From Nitrososphaerota archaeon (GTDB lineage Archaea; Thermoproteota; Nitrososphaeria_A; Caldarchaeales; Calditenuaceae), in NCBI GenBank assembly GCA_038845265.1, contig JAWBQR010000009.1:1-55890 (forward strand): a stretch of 55,890 nt of DNA. The letters run 5' to 3'. Within the stretch, counting starts at the first letter, position 1. Every line of letters starts with the position of its first letter. A program made the position numbers and the translations under genes. This document shows positions 9,889 through 19,413 of this stretch, in pieces. The notes under the pieces were generated by a model. It searched no databases. It was not told the DNA's origin and was given only the letters and a program-made list of their open reading frames with translations.

Positions 9889-10899
9889 ATGAATAGTGAG
9901 AAATTTGAGATCGGGATAGATGCTTCATTTACTTTTCTCTTCGATGAGGATTATACTTTAAGGTATCTGGTAAAGATGGAGAAGGCTGGTTTTGATGTTG
10001 TTTGGCTTGGCGACCATTTTTATCCTTGGCATCATTCATTTAAGCATAATTTCTATGTATGGTCATTATTACCTGTCATATTGTCCAGAACAAAATCGAT
10101 TAAGAGTGGGGTAGCAGTCACTGTACCGATAGGAGCTAGATACCACCCTGCACTGATTGCTCAGGCAAGCGCGACTATAGATGTCATGTTTCCCGGCAGA
10201 TTTCTACTGGGCGTGGGTTCAGGAGAGGCGATGAATGAAACGCCATTTCTGGGATACTGGCCTAATTGGAATGAACGTATGGAGCGTCTATTAGAAGGGA
10301 TTGAGCTGATTAAAAAGATGTGGCGTGAACAGGATTTCTTTAAGTTTGATGGAAAATATTTCAGGATGCCGATGGTCTTACTTTATCTAAAGCCTAAGAC
10401 AGAGATTCCAATTTATTTATCCGCAATGGGTGAGAAGAGTGCATATATTGCAGGCAAATATGCTGATAGACTAATGACTGTTGCCAGTGTTGAGAGATAT
10501 AGATCTGTTATCTTACCAAATTTTGAAAAAGGAGCCAGGGAAGCCGGAAGAGACCCCGTAACTATAGAAAAGGCAGTCTCGATTGGTGGAGGAATAGGTA
10601 AGCCTGAAAACGTAGTTAAGAGGATAAAGACGTACATAGCGGGTGCGAGTATTAAAGAGATGTTTAATGAGCCTGATCCCAGAAAGATACTTGAGGCTGG
10701 CAGTAAGATTGAAGACGAACAAATAATGAGAAGTATGTGCATAAGTGAGACTGGCGCAGATATTATAGAAACTATCGACGAATTCAGGAAAATGCGAGTA
10801 AATCAAGTTATATGGGGAGACTTCAGTGATAACATAAATAAAATGATTAGAATATTCAGAACGAAGATAATTCCATACTTCAGAGAAGAAGTTAAATAA
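9889..10899 (+). CDS. LLM-class F420-dependent oxidoreductase, FGD (glucose-6-phosphate dehydrogenase)-like
   Basis: GDHFYPWHH, RYHPALIAQA and GVGSGEAMNE match FGD/Adf family motifs. Confidence 0.8.
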   Translation: MNSEKFEIGIDASFTFLFDEDYTLRYLVKMEKAGFDVVWLGDHFYPWHHSFKHNFYVWSLLPVILSRTKSIKSGVAVTVPIGARYHPALIAQASATIDVMFPGRFLLGVGSGEAMNETPFLGYWPNWNERMERLLEGIELIKKMWREQDFFKFDGKYFRMPMVLLYLKPKTEIPIYLSAMGEKSAYIAGKYADRLMTVASVERYRSVILPNFEKGAREAGRDPVTIEKAVSIGGGIGKPENVVKRIKTYIAGASIKEMFNEPDPRKILEAGSKIEDEQIMRSMCISETGADIIETIDEFRKMRVNQVIWGDFSDNINKMIRIFRTKIIPYFREEVK

Positions 10900-10905
10900 C
10901 GTTAG

Positions 10906-12045
10906 TCATTCCCTGCATAAGATTTCTATCAATCTGTTAGCAATAATTTTTTCTTCTCCATCTCTTAGACATTGGGGATTTATGTAGATCTTTCCATCAA
11001 ACTCGTAGGCATATATTGGAGGCTCGCTTTCTTGTAATTTAACTAATATTTCCTCTGAGGTCAAACTTTCTGGAGGATCAATTTCTACCCTTGGAACGAT
11101 TGCTGGTCTAGGATGACCAAATCCCTTCGGATAGAATTTATTAATATTTTTTAGTCCATTATTCTTTAATTCAGAAATTATATAATTCGTTTTTTCTTCC
11201 CATTTTCTTAATCTTTCATCCTCGTCAAGAGTTAGATACCTTTTGATAGCTGCGATTACAGCGAATATATCTTCTTTACTTGTCTTCATTGGTCTGCCTA
11301 GATATACTCTTGTCTTATTGTCTAGTTTTTCATAACTATGCGGACCAAGTCTTCTGCAGATTTGGACGAGCTCTTTTCTTCCGAGAATTATGCCTGTGTC
11401 GTTCGGAGCGCTTATATCTTTACCTCCGCTGAAAATTACTAGGTCTGCACCCGTGTCATAAAACTTTCTTAGATTCTTCTTAGGTGGAAGTTCTGGAGCA
11501 GCATCGACTATTACTGGTAAATTATGGCTATGCGCAATCTTTACGACTTTATCTAAGGGTAATACTCCTTCTAAAGGATCAAATGCGAAATATAAGACTG
11601 CACAAGTATTTTCATTTATCACATTTTGCAGATCATCCTCAGTAGTCTCTATTTCATTGCCTACCTCAACTATTTTTGCACCTGGAATCTCTATCATATA
11701 GTCGTAAAAGTTTCTATGTTTTTTCTGAACAATTACTTCATGTCTTAAATCTTCTACGTATGGAAACGTTCCTAATCTGTCCAGTCTATTCCTAACAATG
11801 CATGCTGCTACTGAAAGTACAATACCTGCCCCAGCCCCAGAAGTTATGTATGCATCTTCAACGCCGATCAGCTTTGCGATATACTGTCCTGCTTTAATGT
11901 GCAATTCATTCATGTCAAGATAAACTTTTGAGGCTTCTCTCATTGCTTCTAAAACTTCATCTTCAAGTGTGGTGCCGCCTAGAATTGTTAGATTTCCAGA
12001 GGCATTAATGATTGGCTTGAGCCCTAATTCCTCTATTAGTCCCAT
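10906..12045 (-). CDS. SelA-like PLP enzyme (DgaE, D-glucosaminate-6-phosphate ammonia-lyase family)
   Basis: IINASGNLTILGG, VDAA, FSGGK (PLP Lys), GRPMKTSKE; 380 aa with no SelA tRNA-binding N-domain; ATG 12045 preceded by GGGGAGGA. Confidence 0.78.
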   Translation of the reverse strand: MGLIEELGLKPIINASGNLTILGGTTLEDEVLEAMREASKVYLDMNELHIKAGQYIAKLIGVEDAYITSGAGAGIVLSVAACIVRNRLDRLGTFPYVEDLRHEVIVQKKHRNFYDYMIEIPGAKIVEVGNEIETTEDDLQNVINENTCAVLYFAFDPLEGVLPLDKVVKIAHSHNLPVIVDAAPELPPKKNLRKFYDTGADLVIFSGGKDISAPNDTGIILGRKELVQICRRLGPHSYEKLDNKTRVYLGRPMKTSKEDIFAVIAAIKRYLTLDEDERLRKWEEKTNYIISELKNNGLKNINKFYPKGFGHPRPAIVPRVEIDPPESLTSEEILVKLQESEPPIYAYEFDGKIYINPQCLRDGEEKIIANRLIEILCRE

Positions 12046-12056
12046 ATCCTCCCCAC

Positions 12057-13112
12057 CTATGTTAACGTGTGGATCTTCCAATATATTGCATTTGCTTCTA
12101 TTACTCTTAATGCGTTTTTGTATGCTAGTTTCTCAATATCAGATTCTTTTAATCCCTTATCAAGCAGTATCTTGAATAGATTTGAAATTTTTGTTATGTC
12201 TTCTAAGCCTTTTGGTGCTTTACCATCTATGAGGCCAAAATAATCTGTGCCTATGGCTATAATGTCGGGTCCAAAGTTTTGGTAAACATACATGATTTGG
12301 TCAGCGAGTGAGTAAATGTCCTCATTACCGCCTATCATTCCGAAGATGAATCCAACTACTCCTTTATTTTTCTTAAATTCCTGATAAATCTCATCATCTA
12401 GGTTTCTTGGCACGTCTTTTAGCTTTCTTGCATTTGAATGACTATTTATCACAGGTAATTTCGATGCATTCAAGACATCGATATGTGTATTCTTGCTTGC
12501 ATGTGCCAAGTCTAAAATTATTCCGCGCTTGTTTGCTTCCTTTACGAGTTCTTCACCCTCCCCTGTTAGGCCATAATCTTTTGTAGACATGCATGATGCC
12601 CCGTATCTATTATCGAAGTTCCACATAATTTGAAGGCTCCGCACACCTAAGTTATAATAAAGCCTAATATCATCAACATCTTCTAACATGTATGCACCCT
12701 CCAGCGCCAACAAAAATCCAATTCTCTCCCCATTTATTGATCTCTGTAAATCATCTTTTCTAAGTAATATGACCAAATCTCGTGGATAGAGTTCTGCAAG
12801 ACGATAATAGACCTTTAGATGCTCCAGAGAAGTAGCATTAGTTGCTCTCGGTGTCCATGCTCGTATCGCCTTCTCAGCATATCCCTTCGTCAGTGTCTCG
12901 CTAATCCTCGGAGACACGGTAGAAAGCAGACAAAACACTGACGAAAACACAATAGCAACCTTCGCCTTCCTGTACTTCGGAATATCGCCATGTCTACCTG
13001 GCATATCCTTATCAAACTCTTCTAAACCAAACTCTAAACCACTAGCACCGCAAACATAGTAGTAAGAAATATCTTCATGCAGGTCAATTATCATAGGAGA
13101 AGAACTCGTCAA
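12057..13112 (-). CDS. Membrane dipeptidase family (M19) amidohydrolase
   Basis: DLHED, ALEG, DLAH, SHSN, RNL, GTDYFG motifs. Confidence 0.88.
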   Translation of the reverse strand: MTSSSPMIIDLHEDISYYYVCGASGLEFGLEEFDKDMPGRHGDIPKYRKAKVAIVFSSVFCLLSTVSPRISETLTKGYAEKAIRAWTPRATNATSLEHLKVYYRLAELYPRDLVILLRKDDLQRSINGERIGFLLALEGAYMLEDVDDIRLYYNLGVRSLQIMWNFDNRYGASCMSTKDYGLTGEGEELVKEANKRGIILDLAHASKNTHIDVLNASKLPVINSHSNARKLKDVPRNLDDEIYQEFKKNKGVVGFIFGMIGGNEDIYSLADQIMYVYQNFGPDIIAIGTDYFGLIDGKAPKGLEDITKISNLFKILLDKGLKESDIEKLAYKNALRVIEANAIYWKIHTLT

Positions 13113-13276
13113 TTTATCTCATTCAATAATCTTCATTCATTAATATACATTTAGCAAAACATGAAACTCATAGAATTGAATAAAAATAACACCGTCCCCA
13201 TTATCCTGCTGTATCTTAATAAATAAAATAGTAAAAACATAAATACATGCCGCGATGAATAATTACTTGAGAAAAG

Positions 13277-14761
13277 ATGGTTGAATACAAAATTAATCGG
13301 AGAAGGGCGTTATCAACAGCGGGTAAAGTAGCGATTGGGGTGGTTGCATCAGGCATTGTGGCCGGTGCAGCTGGTTATTTAGCTGGAATGAGCGCTGCCC
13401 CCGCGAGGGTTGAGACAGTTACGAAAACTGAAACGGTCGGAGGAACTACAGTTCGCGAGACTGTTACGAGGACAGTTACTGCCGGCCCATCACCTGTTAC
13501 AGGGCCGCCTCTTCAATTTGTCCACTGGCATTACAGAGACGACATCGTAACATCTTATGTAAAGAGATTTATGGAATATTACAACGAGAAGGTAGATGAG
13601 GTATTGTTAGCTAATGAAAACTATGGACCATTAATGGAGGCAAAATTCCAAGCTGGTGACGTTATTGACATGCATTACGCAAACTTTTTCATGGTTTCCA
13701 GATGGATAAGCTTAGGTTGGGATAGAGATGTTGAAGCATTCCCAGAAATAGACCAAATAAAGGCAGAAATGTATCCAAGCATCGTAGAGGCCTATAGCAC
13801 AGCCGAGGGAAAACTTGCAGGGTTACCGTACTTCTGGTCAGCTAGATCGGCACCCGTAGTAAATGATGCCATACTTGAAAAGGCAGGTATGGCTGGTGAA
13901 AGACCCGGTACATGGGACGAGCTCTGGGAAATGTCTAGAAGAATCAAAGCAGCTGGAGCTGCCACTTACCCCGTCATGCCTCACTGGTTCAATGCTTTCT
14001 ATGGAATAGTTTGGGATTTTGAAGCAGAACTTGGAAATGTGTATAATGATCCAGAGTTAACTAAAACATTTATAGCGAAGGACTTTTCACCAGTTTTCGA
14101 TGTCAATACAGAAGTTGCTGAACTACTTAAGACTTGGCAAGATGTAACAAAAGAGGGACTTGTTGATCCGGCCGTGTTCGGACAGGCTGGAGACTCAGAT
14201 CATGTTTCAGCAATTGTGACCGGAAACTATGCCTTTACTCCAACAGCCCTCTACTACTTTAAAGTACAGAATGACCCCAGTCAATCACGGATACCGCTCG
14301 GAAAAGCCAACTTAGTACCTGTTACTAAGCAGGGATGGGGAGTTATCGATACCGGGTTATACTGCTGGCCCAAGAAAGTAACAGACGAAGAAAGGTCTCA
14401 GCGATTGATTAAATTCCTCGGATGGAGAACACCATGGGGAGAGCGGCTGACGTCAACGAGCTGGGCTATAACTGATGCTCTTGGATCTGGATACATGGAT
14501 ACGAATCGGCTTCCCGCCGTCAGGAAAGCCTTTAGAGAATGGTTAGGAGACCGTGCTGACGCGACTCTCAAGACGTTTGACGATATAGCTGCTACCATGA
14601 GTAGGCCATGGGTATATAAGTCGCCAATGTATCTCGAGTGGGCAAACTTCGCATTCCCAGTAATGTCTGCTGTTGCATCAGGTACACAATCAGTAAGTGA
14701 TGGAGTGAAGACGCTTAGGTCAAAATTAGATGAACTATATAAGAAATTCCATGCCAAGTAA
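13277..14761 (+). CDS. Carbohydrate ABC transporter substrate-binding protein, Tat-exported
   Basis: RRRAL twin-arginine signal plus hydrophobic helix, Thr/Val-rich linker, GKLAGLPY..., PGTWDEL family-1 SBP pattern; followed by two permeases. Confidence 0.85.
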   Translation: MVEYKINRRRALSTAGKVAIGVVASGIVAGAAGYLAGMSAAPARVETVTKTETVGGTTVRETVTRTVTAGPSPVTGPPLQFVHWHYRDDIVTSYVKRFMEYYNEKVDEVLLANENYGPLMEAKFQAGDVIDMHYANFFMVSRWISLGWDRDVEAFPEIDQIKAEMYPSIVEAYSTAEGKLAGLPYFWSARSAPVVNDAILEKAGMAGERPGTWDELWEMSRRIKAAGAATYPVMPHWFNAFYGIVWDFEAELGNVYNDPELTKTFIAKDFSPVFDVNTEVAELLKTWQDVTKEGLVDPAVFGQAGDSDHVSAIVTGNYAFTPTALYYFKVQNDPSQSRIPLGKANLVPVTKQGWGVIDTGLYCWPKKVTDEERSQRLIKFLGWRTPWGERLTSTSWAITDALGSGYMDTNRLPAVRKAFREWLGDRADATLKTFDDIAATMSRPWVYKSPMYLEWANFAFPVMSAVASGTQSVSDGVKTLRSKLDELYKKFHAK

Positions 14762-14782
14762 ATACTAGGTGAAAAAACGGCG

Positions 14783-15652
14783 ATGCCTAGACTTACAGAC
14801 AAACAATTAGCTATTTTTTTGATATCACCATTAATTATTTTTGTTGCGACAATTAATTTATATCCGATAGGTTATTCATTATGGCTAAGTTTTAACAGAG
14901 TAAGCCTTCTAGAGAAAACTGTAACCTACGTCGGTCTCACTAACTACTTCAAGATAGGAAATGACTTATTTCTAAACCAAGCTTTTCTCGTATCAGCGAG
15001 ATTCATTTTAGAATCAACCGCCTTGATAATTACTATCTCTTTAATAACTGCTCTTGTATTAGCTCAGAGGTTTAGAGGCCAGTCCTTGCTTAAGGTTTTA
15101 GTAATATTGCCGTGGGCCTTGTCGGAATTCGCCGTGGCTATTGCGGGGAGATTCTTCTTAGATAGAAATTATGGATTTCTCAACGCCCTACTTAAAAATA
15201 TTGGTTTAATCAATGAAGGGATAAACTTTTTAGATGCAGCCTTCGCAGTAGAATGGTTAGCAATATTTTTTGCTTGGAATGTATCTCCTCTCGGTGCATA
15301 CTTTATTCTTTCAGCGATACAAACGATACCTGAGGATTTATATAAACAGGCGAGAATTGACGGTGCCTCTTACTTTATGAGGTTTAGGAATGTAACCTTT
15401 CCATTTATCCGATACGCTGTGCTAATAACTGGTGTATTAGCATGTATATTATCAACATCTTCAGTAGTGATTTCCTTTGCTTTGACTGGTGGTGGTCCAG
15501 GGACTGCCTCAACACCAGTCACTCTTTATAATTTTAGAGTATTCTTCTACAACCAAGACTATGGATATGGCGCAGCTATATCTTGGATAACACTGATAGC
15601 AGTATTATTGTTAACAATTGCGTACTTTAGATTATTAACGATAAGGAGGTGA
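14783..15652 (+). CDS. Sugar ABC transporter permease (MalF/UgpA type)
   Basis: Six TM segments, EAA-like loop LYKQARIDGA, TGGGPG. Confidence 0.92.
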   Translation: MPRLTDKQLAIFLISPLIIFVATINLYPIGYSLWLSFNRVSLLEKTVTYVGLTNYFKIGNDLFLNQAFLVSARFILESTALIITISLITALVLAQRFRGQSLLKVLVILPWALSEFAVAIAGRFFLDRNYGFLNALLKNIGLINEGINFLDAAFAVEWLAIFFAWNVSPLGAYFILSAIQTIPEDLYKQARIDGASYFMRFRNVTFPFIRYAVLITGVLACILSTSSVVISFALTGGGPGTASTPVTLYNFRVFFYNQDYGYGAAISWITLIAVLLLTIAYFRLLTIRR

Positions 15653-16533
15653 CCTGTGTGGCAATTAAGCGTGACCGCATTTTAGTATACATCGCGGCGA
15701 TAATCATAGGATTATATAGTATTGGCCCTATCTATAGCTTAGTAATCATATCATTAATGGATGTTAGAGACGTTGTGGCGGGACATATATTCCCGTATAA
15801 TCCTAACATTAATGCATATTTAAGAGTTGTAGGATTTGACGTGCAAGGACCTTATGGTTTCTTAAGAGCTTATGGAGGCTCAAGACAACTGATGCAGGGT
15901 CTCCTCAACATCTCGATAATAGCTCCCATAGTAATGATTATCACCCTGTTAGCGTCTATTCCTGCTGGTTATGCCTTAGGAAGATTCCGGATAGGGCGCC
16001 TAAGGTCTATACTGATTATTATTCTCTTAGGGACGCGTTCATTACCTCCTGTCTCAGTGGCGTTACCATACTTCTTCCTATTTACCCAACTAGGACTCAG
16101 ATCCACATTACAAGGAATGATAATCATACACCTAACGATCACGGTGCCCATTGTAACTTGGATATTGATGGGGTTCTTCGCAGCGTTGCCTCAAGACCTC
16201 GAAAAAGCTGCACGGATTGACGGTTGTAGTAGGCTTGCAGCACTATTCAAAGTTGTATTGCCACTTGCCGCACCTGGGATCGCGGCCAGCGCAATCATTG
16301 CATTCCTATTTTCATGGAATGACTTTTTCTATAGCTGGCTCCTCTCCCAAGGAACAAGTGCGGCTACATATAACGCGCAACTATCAGGCTTCTTTAACTT
16401 TCAAAACGAGCCCGCTATGTTCGCAGCCGCTGTTACACTTCAAATAATTGTAGCAACAATAATAGCAAGTGTGCTCCAGAAGTACATTACTCAACTTAAG
16501 ATAGTGGATCCAGGCACAGTAGTTGTAGAGTAG
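15649..16533 (+). CDS. Sugar ABC transporter permease (MalG/UgpE type)
   Basis: LEKAARIDGC loop, FSWNDF; overlaps upstream stop codon. Confidence 0.92.
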   Translation: MTCVAIKRDRILVYIAAIIIGLYSIGPIYSLVIISLMDVRDVVAGHIFPYNPNINAYLRVVGFDVQGPYGFLRAYGGSRQLMQGLLNISIIAPIVMIITLLASIPAGYALGRFRIGRLRSILIIILLGTRSLPPVSVALPYFFLFTQLGLRSTLQGMIIIHLTITVPIVTWILMGFFAALPQDLEKAARIDGCSRLAALFKVVLPLAAPGIAASAIIAFLFSWNDFFYSWLLSQGTSAATYNAQLSGFFNFQNEPAMFAAAVTLQIIVATIIASVLQKYITQLKIVDPGTVVVE

Positions 16534-16542
16534 CTATTTAGT

Positions 16543-18210
16543 TCATTTTTTTATATTTTGGCTTTTTAAATAGTTTTCAGTTGCTTCTCTAACTTGCTTT
16601 ACCGGCTCAGGAATAACACTTTTAGGTTCTTCCTTTATCCGCTCTTTGTAGTGGACGAAATCGATCCTAATTAAGGAGGATGCTGCTTCAGTTGCTGATT
16701 TAAAGCATTGAATTTTAACATGGGTTGCATCAAGTATATCGAGATCAGATGGTCTAACAATTTTTCTTGAGTACTGGTCAATTCCAACCATTTCACCTTT
16801 GTTATGATGGCTTTTAAGATTGCTTTTCATGGTTATGGGATCAATACCACAATTAATCCCCAACGTCATTATGGTGTCTTCTATTGCTTCGGCATATGAT
16901 AACATTGCTAACTGGGTTTTATTATCATATTTATAGGCAGCATTACGGATTTGACATGCAATCCGCATCTCTACAGCCCCGCCGCCTGGAACATATCCTA
17001 GATCATTTATGGCTAAAATAACTGATTTAATTGAGTTTTGAACAGCGTCGTTAATCGTTTCTAATATCTTTTCAGACACTCCTCTCAATAGTATGCTACA
17101 ATAACTAGGATTTGCGCACCCTTCGAAAATGGTCCATCTATCTAATGCTGAGATTATCACCTCATTTACAGAGTTGCATTCGCCGAGATGTGATGTCGTT
17201 AAATTCTTTACATTAGTAATAGGCACGGCATTAGTCGCGTTCTTTAAAATGTTAAGATCCGTTGATGATACATTTCTTATAGCTAAAACATTTTTCAATA
17301 CGAATAGTCTCCTAAGTTCTTCCGAGATGTTTCCCTTACAAAGTATGACGTTTGCTCCTGTTTTTAATATTGCATTTAGGATGTCATTTAAAATTTCCCA
17401 TCTTGTATCATAGAATTTTTTTATGTTAAAATCACCTTTCAGCATGAAGTTGACTGATAAATCTGGTCTTTTAAATCCCAAATCATTTTCAATTATGGCT
17501 ATTTTTGCGTTTTTTATTTTTTTAGGCATCATTAAATCTGCCCCTGATTTATGGAGTAAAACACCATGAATTAATCTAGAATCTTCAATTGAACCTCCGG
17601 CCCTAGTTTTTATAATTATAGTATCTAACATTCTAATTTTGTGTCTTATTATATCTTCTTGGCGATTAGCTAACAACTTCGTAACTATCTCGGCTAAGTA
17701 TGTTGAAGATCTTAAGTCGAGTTTGGATGCCAAACTAGTTTTTACTAATGAAAAAATTATTTTTTCATTAAATTTTACAGGTTTCGATTCACACCTTAAG
17801 GTATCTAAAGCTATACGCAATGCTTTATTGTAGCCCTCAATAATTATATGTGGATGAAGCCCCTCTCTCATCAAATTTACTGCCTTTTTATAAAGTTCTA
17901 CAGCTAGAATTGAGGTCATAAGTGATCCGTCGCCTACCTCTTTTTTCACAGCAATACCAGCATCTGCCAAAATGCTAATTACTGGATGCAGTGTTTTGAC
18001 CTCTCTGAGTATTCTTTCTCCATCTTTTGTTAATTTATATTCACCTGTTTGTTTATTAAAAATAATCTTTGAATTACCCGTGGGGCCTAAGGATGTTTTA
18101 AGCATTTCACCTAATCGTTCAATATAATATAAATTTTCGGTCAATAATTCGTTCTTCCATAGAAAACGTCCAGTTAGTATAGCATTTAATTTTTTATAAT
18201 TCATCGCCAC
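16543..18210 (-). CDS. Divergent group II chaperonin (thermosome/TCP-1 family paralogue)
   Basis: SLGPTG..K, TKDG, EVGDG, GLHP, SILLRG, PGGGAVE, SATEAA..LIRID; nucleotide-site motifs degenerate. Confidence 0.88.
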   Translation of the reverse strand: MAMNYKKLNAILTGRFLWKNELLTENLYYIERLGEMLKTSLGPTGNSKIIFNKQTGEYKLTKDGERILREVKTLHPVISILADAGIAVKKEVGDGSLMTSILAVELYKKAVNLMREGLHPHIIIEGYNKALRIALDTLRCESKPVKFNEKIIFSLVKTSLASKLDLRSSTYLAEIVTKLLANRQEDIIRHKIRMLDTIIIKTRAGGSIEDSRLIHGVLLHKSGADLMMPKKIKNAKIAIIENDLGFKRPDLSVNFMLKGDFNIKKFYDTRWEILNDILNAILKTGANVILCKGNISEELRRLFVLKNVLAIRNVSSTDLNILKNATNAVPITNVKNLTTSHLGECNSVNEVIISALDRWTIFEGCANPSYCSILLRGVSEKILETINDAVQNSIKSVILAINDLGYVPGGGAVEMRIACQIRNAAYKYDNKTQLAMLSYAEAIEDTIMTLGINCGIDPITMKSNLKSHHNKGEMVGIDQYSRKIVRPSDLDILDATHVKIQCFKSATEAASSLIRIDFVHYKERIKEEPKSVIPEPVKQVREATENYLKSQNIKK

Positions 18211-18252
18211 CGAGACAAATTACATTGATGGAAATATATACATTTTTTGTGT

Positions 18253-19335
18253 TTAGACCATTTTTCCTCTTGCTTTTATTTGCCATTCGTAAATTACTTT
18301 GTCATTTCTCGTTATATATATTGTGTCGTGTTGGTTTACGCATGTGCATACGTGGTATGGTATGAATTCTAGTTTGTCTCCTAGTTTTATTTTGTTTTGT
18401 GCTTCGCCTGTTATTTTTAGCCATCCGTGTTCTTCTGAGAATTTTATGACTTCTACTCCCTGTATTCCTGTTGCGACTGGGTATCTATTCATGTCGAGCT
18501 GGAAGGCTTTTGAGCCTGCGTCGATTACTCCTCTGTCGGGTGCTGATCTGCTCATGACCGTCGCTAATACGCGAAGGGCGCATGTCTCTATTGTTGCCAC
18601 TGCTCTATCGACTAGATAGTAATCGTTGAATACATATGTCCCTGGCTGAATCTCTGTCACCTCTTCAAATTTGGAGCTGTATGCTACTGTCGGCGTTGAG
18701 CCGACGCTTACTTCTTTAACTTCTATTCCTCTATTTTTGATTAGTCTGACTGCTTCGAGGGTCATTTGGATTGCTTCTTCTGTTAGTTTTTGTCTTTCAT
18801 CTGCTTTTAGTGGTGCTCCTGCGTGTCCCTCGTACCCCATTACTCCCGCAAAGTATAGTCCCTCGCTGCGATGTATGAGGCTTGCTAATTCGGGTGCTTT
18901 CTCTGGTGAAACGCCTGTTCTATGCATCCCACAGTCTACGTCAATATAGACTCCGAGCTCAACCCCTCTCTCCTTCATGGACTGTGAAAGGCTTATGACG
19001 TTTTCTGGATGATCTACTGCTACGTATATTTTAATTTTCTCTGCAAGGTCAGCGAGTCTCTTTATCTTTTTCTCTCCTACTATTTCATTCGTGATGAAGA
19101 TGTCGTCTATCCCGTGATTCGCCATCACTTCTGCTTCTCCAAGCTTTTGGACACATATGCCCTTGGAGCCCTCTTCTAGCTGTAGCTTTGCGATCTCTGG
19201 GACTTTATGTGTCTTCACATGTGCCCTCAGCTTGACTCCGCTCTCCTTTGCGAGTTTAGCCATCTCTCTTATATTCCTCATCATTACGTCAAAATTCACT
19301 ACTAGGGCAGGCGTATCAATATCCAGCTTATTCAT
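18253..19335 (-). CDS. Fold-type III PLP enzyme, DSD1/D-serine dehydratase/D-threonine aldolase family
   Basis: DTPAL, LRAHVKTHK (PLP Lys), GSTPT, DAGSK, SEEHG, PYHVCTCVN. Confidence 0.87.
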   Translation of the reverse strand: MNKLDIDTPALVVNFDVMMRNIREMAKLAKESGVKLRAHVKTHKVPEIAKLQLEEGSKGICVQKLGEAEVMANHGIDDIFITNEIVGEKKIKRLADLAEKIKIYVAVDHPENVISLSQSMKERGVELGVYIDVDCGMHRTGVSPEKAPELASLIHRSEGLYFAGVMGYEGHAGAPLKADERQKLTEEAIQMTLEAVRLIKNRGIEVKEVSVGSTPTVAYSSKFEEVTEIQPGTYVFNDYYLVDRAVATIETCALRVLATVMSRSAPDRGVIDAGSKAFQLDMNRYPVATGIQGVEVIKFSEEHGWLKITGEAQNKIKLGDKLEFIPYHVCTCVNQHDTIYITRNDKVIYEWQIKARGKMV

Positions 19336-19413
19336 AGTTATATATTGATTACGCATGCGTATAAACTTATTCAAAAAATAAAAATGAGTAAATAATAAAT
19401 TATGTTTTTTGCA

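Noticed and set aside
10906-12045. Selenocysteine synthase SelA / selenium system
   Set aside because: Short DgaE-like form; no selB, selD or tRNA-Sec seen; archaea use SepSecS; context is sugar catabolism
16543-18210. Calling the divergent chaperonin a pseudogene
   Set aside because: Full-length uninterrupted frame with structural motifs preserved in all three domains; kept as a CDS pending dN/dS
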